Assembly: GCA_964016885.1 (NCBI GenBank)
Contig: OZ024749.1
Location: 37,324,001 to 37,388,000, forward strand
DNA length: 64,000 nucleotides
DNA from: Eledone cirrhosa
Taxonomy: Eukaryota
Direction: 5' to 3'
The position numbers and the translations under genes are program-made. How positions within the stretch are numbered: position 1 is the first letter of the stretch; each line of letters starts with the position of its first letter. Under the pieces are notes generated by a model. It saw only the letters and a program-made list of their open reading frames with translations. It made no database searches and was not told the DNA's origin. Shown in pieces: positions 57,774 through 64,000 of the stretch.

Positions 57774-57848
<75 letters not shown>

Positions 57849-58095
57849 TTATATATATATTTATATATATATTTATATATTTATATTTATATATATATTT
57901 ATATATATATTTATATATTTATATTTATATATATTTATATATTTATATTTATATATATATATATATTTATATATATATTTATATATATATATTTATATAT
58001 ATATTTATATATTTATATTTATATATATATTTATATATTTATATTTATATATATATTTATATATATATATTTATATATATTTATATATATATATA

Positions 58096-58250
58096 GGGGA
58101 ATTTTCATTGTTGTATTTTTCTTGTTTATTGTTATTGTTTTCCTATTTTTAGTCGATTTTTGTGTAAACCCCCCCCCCCCACTGTCCCGTCTATTGTATT
58201 TTCCCCTATATGTCAGCCGTTCTGGTCAATAAATGAAACCATTATTATTA
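58096..58250 (+). mobile_element. 3'UTR relic of a related Tx1-type LINE
   Basis: ggggaattttcattgtt as at 30138; ends aataaa..aaccattattatta. Confidence 0.45.
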
Positions 58251-58564
58251 TGAGATCTTGCCATTTTAACATCTAGTTCAAGTCTAAAACTAATTGTTGA
58301 AAGTTCAACAGGTCAGCCGTCGGTTCCTGACACGTTATAATACTCTACTACCCCAAGTATCGAGTACTCAGTTTAGTAATGGTCTAGCAAATTTTAAACT
58401 GGTTCTATCATGATTTATATATATATATATTGACCCGCAGAAGGTGAAACTATTGTTCTCGGTATGGTGAAGTAACTGATGTGTTACTACTTCTACCAAA
58501 CTCGTCCCATGTACAGAGTGCTCTACCACTACGGATATTACCTTCCAGTGTTCTACCTATATAT

Positions 58565-58792
58565 ATATCGGTTTGCTTTTATCCTTCTATGTTGTTTACT
58601 TGTCTCACTCGCTTTACGCGATTCACTTGTCCCAATAGCTTTTTTTTAGTTATTGCTCGCACCAACCTGAGGTATCTGATTTTTAATGCGATGAAATACC
58701 AATGATGGTGGTAAATCGCTGACGAGAGACTAATTTTATCATATGTAACCCATGTGCAACCACGCAGTATTCCTCTTTCTTCTCATGTTTCT
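58565..58792 (+). mobile_element. TA-embedded repeat family E (copies 9829-9925+, 20912-21135-, 34163-34372-, 61650-61762-)
   Basis: Shared gcgatgaaatacca...aatcactgatgagggactaatttt...ccatgtgcaacca.gcagtatt. Confidence 0.7.
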
Positions 58793-58861
58793 TATATATA
58801 TATATATATATGTATAGTGACGAAACATAAGTCAATTGCATGAACTCATAATCCTTTATTT

Positions 58862-58917
58862 ACTGCTATATATATTTCGATGATAGCCATTGAATGGCTA
58901 TGACCTCATCAGGCAGT
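58862..58917 (-). ncRNA. Type I hammerhead ribozyme (family C-related)
   Basis: Minus strand reads ACUGC-CUGAUGA-GGUCAUAGCCA(uucaa)UGGCUAUCAUC-GAAA-UAUAUA-UA-GCAGU, then AAUAAA. Stem II has a C-G to U-A compensatory change relative to the 8017 copy. Confidence 0.85.
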
Positions 58918-59823
58918 TAGTCAGTTCTTAGATATGCCAGCTCTGTGTTTATAGTGTTGATGGTATCAGAGCCTTGGGACATTATATATATATATAAATG
59001 TTTAACAATCTTGTTACAGACTGTCCATTTGTACAGAGTTTGTGATTTACTTCATCAGAATTTCACCCTTCATGTGATTCTTCATGGAGCAACAACTATA
59101 TATATATAGTAATAATAATAAATTTGAAGAATAAAATCCAAAGAGGGCTCGATAAGGATAAATATATATCAAATATATAAGAACCGTAGAGCAAATATTT
59201 ATTAAATATATATATATATATAAATTTATTTGTATATATATGTGCACGTCCAGGTTTTCTATCTATTTTTTATACAAACTATTAAAATGTATATTTGGTA
59301 TGGAAGAATCTCTCTAGAAATCTAGAGGAGGGGAGGTGTGGTGGCGGGGGTATAGGGGGTTGAGATGTTGGTGCATGTGTGGAGAGGGAGTTGTGAGAAT
59401 GATAACGGGTATGCGGAGTGAACGAACTGAGAGTAAAGGGAAGGGTGAGAGTGAAGGTTGGTTGAGAAATAATAATAATAATAATAACAATAATAATAAT
59501 ATTAATAATAAAAATAATAAACTACGACAGATAGGCTTATAAGATAACGTGAGAGTTTATCATTTGTCGCGATTCCATCAACGAAATCTATGGGGTGCTT
59601 GAGAACAGCCGTTTTGGTGAGGTGTGAGGGTGAGTTTTAGGGGAAGGAAGAGGGAGAGGAGACAGTTTAGGCGGCGTAGCGATATATTGTGTATATTTCG
59701 CTTTTAGTTGGGTTTAGTATGCATGTTTTTTATATGTATGTATATAGAGGGGCTGAATATTAAAGTAATATTAAGGGTTGTAGGAATGGTAAAGTCTGGA
59801 ATGAAAAGAGATTGGGGGGAAAA

Positions 59824-59866
<43 letters not shown>

Positions 59867-60332
59867 ATGTGTGTTTATGACTATGTGTATACATATCTAT
59901 GTTTGCAAGTTCATGTGTAGAGGAGGTGAGGGAGATTGTAATGATATGTTGTACTTTATGATTCTAGTTTACAGTATATTGGTTCTTTTTTTTTTATTGT
60001 TTATGCGAATTATTGTGAGGTATGTGGTTATGATTGTTTTGCAAAATCCAGCACAATACAAATTAGAAAAAAAAGAGGTCCTAACCTCGAAATATCATGA
60101 AATACAAGGTAAATGTTTAAACTGTTGTTTCGTTCTGTTCTTCTTACTTTAGTCTCGTTTTCACTTTTGTATCTCCAACTTGGATTGTACTGGCTTTCCA
60201 AAAACCACCATACCATACCACATACATACATTCGTACATGCACATACATTTCACGTTTGCTTTATCTCTCTCTCTTTCTCTCTCTCTCCCTCTATCTATA
60301 TATCTCTCCCTCTATCTATATATCTCTCTCTC

Positions 60333-60417
<85 letters not shown>

Positions 60418-60468
60418 GTACCCTTGCAAACAGGGAAAAGCGGACGTAAAATGATGATGATGATGATG

Positions 60469-60499
<31 letters not shown>

Positions 60500-60552
60500 A
60501 TGTATATATATATATGTATATATATATATGTATATATATATATGTATATATG

Positions 60553-60661
<109 letters not shown>

Positions 60662-60870
60662 GTATTGTTATACTTGGGGAGGGTCATATTTGTGTAATAT
60701 TGCCAGAATTAATAACAGAACACACTCACTGTTTGGTTGGTTTTCGCTTCTCGCTTCTGTGTCTTTTATATCGGTAATCTAACTTACTCGGTCCTCAATG
60801 TTGCCATTGACTGACCGACGGTCAAAAATAATACAGATACAATATAGACACAAACACATATATATAATTT

Positions 60871-60912
60871 ATCATAAATCTTTCGTTGCACATCTGCAAC
60901 ATCGTCAGTGGT
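60871..60912 (-). ncRNA. Degenerate minimal hammerhead ribozyme
   Basis: Minus strand reads ACCA-CUGACGA-U-GUUGCA(gaug)UGCAAC-GAAA-GAUU-UA-UGAU. Core and 6-bp stem II are intact; stem I has one mismatch. Confidence 0.55.
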
Positions 60913-61188
60913 GTTATATTTTCCTCCTGTTGTATTGTATGTCTACGCCATTTTTATTCAGTCTGTTTATATATTTATTTATTTATTTGCTTGTTTGTTT
61001 ATTTTATTTTGTCTTCTTTGCGCATGCGTTTGCGTGTGTGTATAGTGTTTTGTTTGCTGTGTGATGGGTGACTAGTGTGTGTTTATGTGCTTGTGTATGT
61101 ATTTATTTATTTATTTATTTTATTTTATTTACTTATTTATACTTCTCTTATACACGATTTCATATAAAAAACCTCGCAAAACTATATA

Positions 61189-61248
<60 letters not shown>

Positions 61249-61254
61249 AGTATA

Positions 61255-61287
<33 letters not shown>

Positions 61288-61296
61288 GTAAGTATA

Positions 61297-61361
<65 letters not shown>

Positions 61362-61434
61362 TTGAATTAATATTAATAACTCTGGAAAATATTTTTTAGT
61401 AGAGTGCTTCCAATCTTCTGTAAAACTCATTCTT

Positions 61435-61500
<66 letters not shown>

Positions 61501-61507
61501 AGAAATG

Positions 61508-61654
<147 letters not shown>

Positions 61655-61894
61655 AACAAGGGGAGAAGAATACTGCATGGTTGCACATGGATTACATATT
61701 ATAAAATTAGTCCCTCATCAGTGATTTGCCAACTATCATTGGTATTTCATCGCATTAAAAGTTTGATAGAATTTACCAGAAGATCACCACCGGTGATGTT
61801 AGTGATATCTATAGTGGTGGTGGTCGTGGTGGTGGTGGTGGTGGAAGTGAAGGAGGATTTATTAGAGAGTTATAGTAATGATGATGTTATAGAT

Positions 61895-62400
61895 TATTGA
61901 CCTCCTCCAGAAAATTGGAACGACAATAGCCCGTCTCAAGATGGATCTTCGAGAGGTGTGGTGGCTATTGTAGCGGGTGTCGCTGGCCACTGTCCACGGG
62001 TATACCTTTACCATTTTGTCCAAGAGGTGCAACCTAAACACCACACTGACTCAGCTGTAGAGTCTGTCACTCTCTCTCATCCCACTTTTCTTTCTCCGAT
62101 ATATATTATTTAGAAAGATATATAGACAAGATCCACATGACACGTGCAATGTTTCCGAACACGGAAGAGCCGAACTCCCACCGTCATCGCTCCCATCTCT
62201 CTCGCCCTCCACAACTCTCTGTATAGAGAGCAAATGAGGTCCCACATTCTGGCAGCTCCAGAGCCCCGGCTGACAGAATGGAGAAGGCGTTTGCCCGGAG
62301 ATGGTAAGAGAGATGTGCTGGAAGAGCCATTCCATCTCGCTTAATAGCCCCTGCTCTTTCCCTCCTTTTCTTCTCATTTGTAACATCTATAGACCTTTCC
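61895..62400 (+). pseudogene. Probable decayed LINE fragment
   Basis: GC-richer, coding-like island with broken frames and a pyrimidine-rich UTR-like end; family not recognised. Confidence 0.3.
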
Positions 62401-62463
62401 AATTCTGCTTTCTTTTTCTGAATCTGTAACTAAATATTAAATTATTTATAATTTTTTTACGTA

Positions 62464-62655
62464 GGACGATGGATTTGCATTGTTGGTAGAGGCTTGGACG
62501 CCATGCTTTGCAGCATAGAGTTACGGCCCTTTAAGGTCTGAGTTCAAATCCCGTCGAGGTTAACTTTGCCTTTCATCCTTACGTGGTCGATAAAATAAAT
62601 ACCAGTAATGCACTGGGATAATTGCTGGCCTTGTGCCAAATGTAGAAACAATTAT
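62464..62655 (+). mobile_element. SINE family A, full length, diverged
   Basis: Consensus in forward orientation. Confidence 0.85.
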
Positions 62656-62817
62656 TTTTAGGAATATATTTAAGTGTTTAGAAATAAAATAATTGTTTTG
62701 AAGGATAAGTAAGTAAAAAAAAATTAGATAAATGCCAAAAAATACATTAATTAAAATATTGAAGGATACCAATAATGATAATGATGACGATAATAACAAT
62801 TTCGTAATGATAATAAG

Positions 62818-63005
62818 AATTGTTTCTACTTTTGGCACAAGGCCAGCAATTACACAGTGCATTACTGGTACTTTATTTTATCGACCCCGTAAGGATGAAA
62901 GGCAAAGTCAACCTCGGCGGGATTTGAACTCAGATCGTAAAGGGACGTAACTATGCTGGAAAGCATGGCGTCCGACCCTCTACCGATACTGCCAATCCAC
63001 CGCCC
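62818..63005 (-). mobile_element. SINE family A, full length, 17-bp TSD
   Basis: gtaatgataataagaat at 62804-62820 and 63009-63025. Confidence 0.92.
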
Positions 63006-63122
63006 ACGGTAATGATAATAAGAATGATTTTATATTGAAAATATCATTATCTAAATTAATTACGAATAGTAAATAGTAAATAAGAAGACGACGTATCGAA
63101 CCTGAAAGCATCAGAAACAATA

Positions 63123-63231
63123 ATAATTGTTTCTACTTTTGGCACAAGGCCAGCAATTAAACCAGTGCATTACTGGTACTTTATTTTATCGACCCCGTAA
63201 GGATGAAAGGCAAAGTTGACCTCGGCGGGAT
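63123..63231 (-). mobile_element. SINE family A, 5'-truncated
   Basis: 3' half of the consensus within an (AAT)n context. Confidence 0.85.
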
Positions 63232-64000
63232 AATAATAATAAAACATCAGACCGAAAGCTATATTAGAACCTCTCAACCATCCTCTCTCCCTCACTCCGT
63301 CTCTTTGTGTATATCTCTCTCTCTCTCTTTCTCACATTCTCTCTCTCATACTCTTCTCTCTCTCTCTCACCCTTTCTCTCTGTCTCACCCTGTCTCTCTT
63401 TCTCTCTGTCTCACCCTGTCTCTCTTTCTGTGTCTCCCCCTGTCTCTCTCTTTCTCTCTCTCTCTCTCTATGTCTCTCTCCCTCCCTCTCACATTCTCTC
63501 CCGCTCTCTCTCCCACCCTCTCATACTCTCGCTCTCTCTCCCACCCTCTCATACACACTCTCTCTCTCTCCCACCCTCTCATACTCTCTCTCTGATTTCC
63601 ACACGTGTCTCTACAGTTGTGTACAAACATTAGGAATATGTATGTAAACTGTCATTAAGTACAGTTAATTATCTTGGCTGGTTGTGTGGGAGTGGTAGGG
63701 GCAGAAGAGGTAGTAGCAGCAGTAATAGGGTGATGTAGAGGTGGTAGTAGTGGTAGCAGATGGTAGGAGTGATAAGTGTCATGATAATGGTAGTGTTTGG
63801 TGGTGGCGGCGGGGATGTGTTCAAAAAGGCACTGATATTCAAAGTTGTAGAGATATATGAAGGGAATATTAAACATTTCGCATTTCGTATGTGAGTATGT
63901 ATTTACACATGCGAGTGCACACATGCATATATACATACACACATCTAATATATATATATATATATAATATATAATATATATATATATGTATATATAATAT

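Overview
AT-rich eukaryotic DNA, most likely from an octopod cephalopod judging by the SINE families and the extreme (TA)n/(CA)n load (inference). I can support no intact host protein-coding gene; almost all ORFs in the track are microsatellite read-through. The window is a mosaic of microsatellites, tRNA-derived SINEs (one short-tailed family and three sharing a CORE-like head), 3' relics of RTE, L1/Tx1 and CRE-like LINEs, TTAA-flanked MITE relics, and a ~4.9 kb near-identical duplication across a 200-N gap (probably an assembly or haplotype artefact). The main hidden signal is a dense set of short non-coding elements, mostly embedded in (TA)n tracts, from about ten sequence-unrelated families. 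Many carry type I hammerhead ribozyme cores (CUGANGA/GAAA/NUH) and have a fold-back architecture with an inverted partial copy. Six hammerheads look intact or nearly so (8017-8071+, 26525-26577+, 27387-27468-, 29120-29158+, 49626-49780+, 58862-58917-), with many degenerate or half copies. This fits non-autonomous Penelope-like pLTR or retrozyme-type retroelements. Folds were done by eye and no activity is shown.
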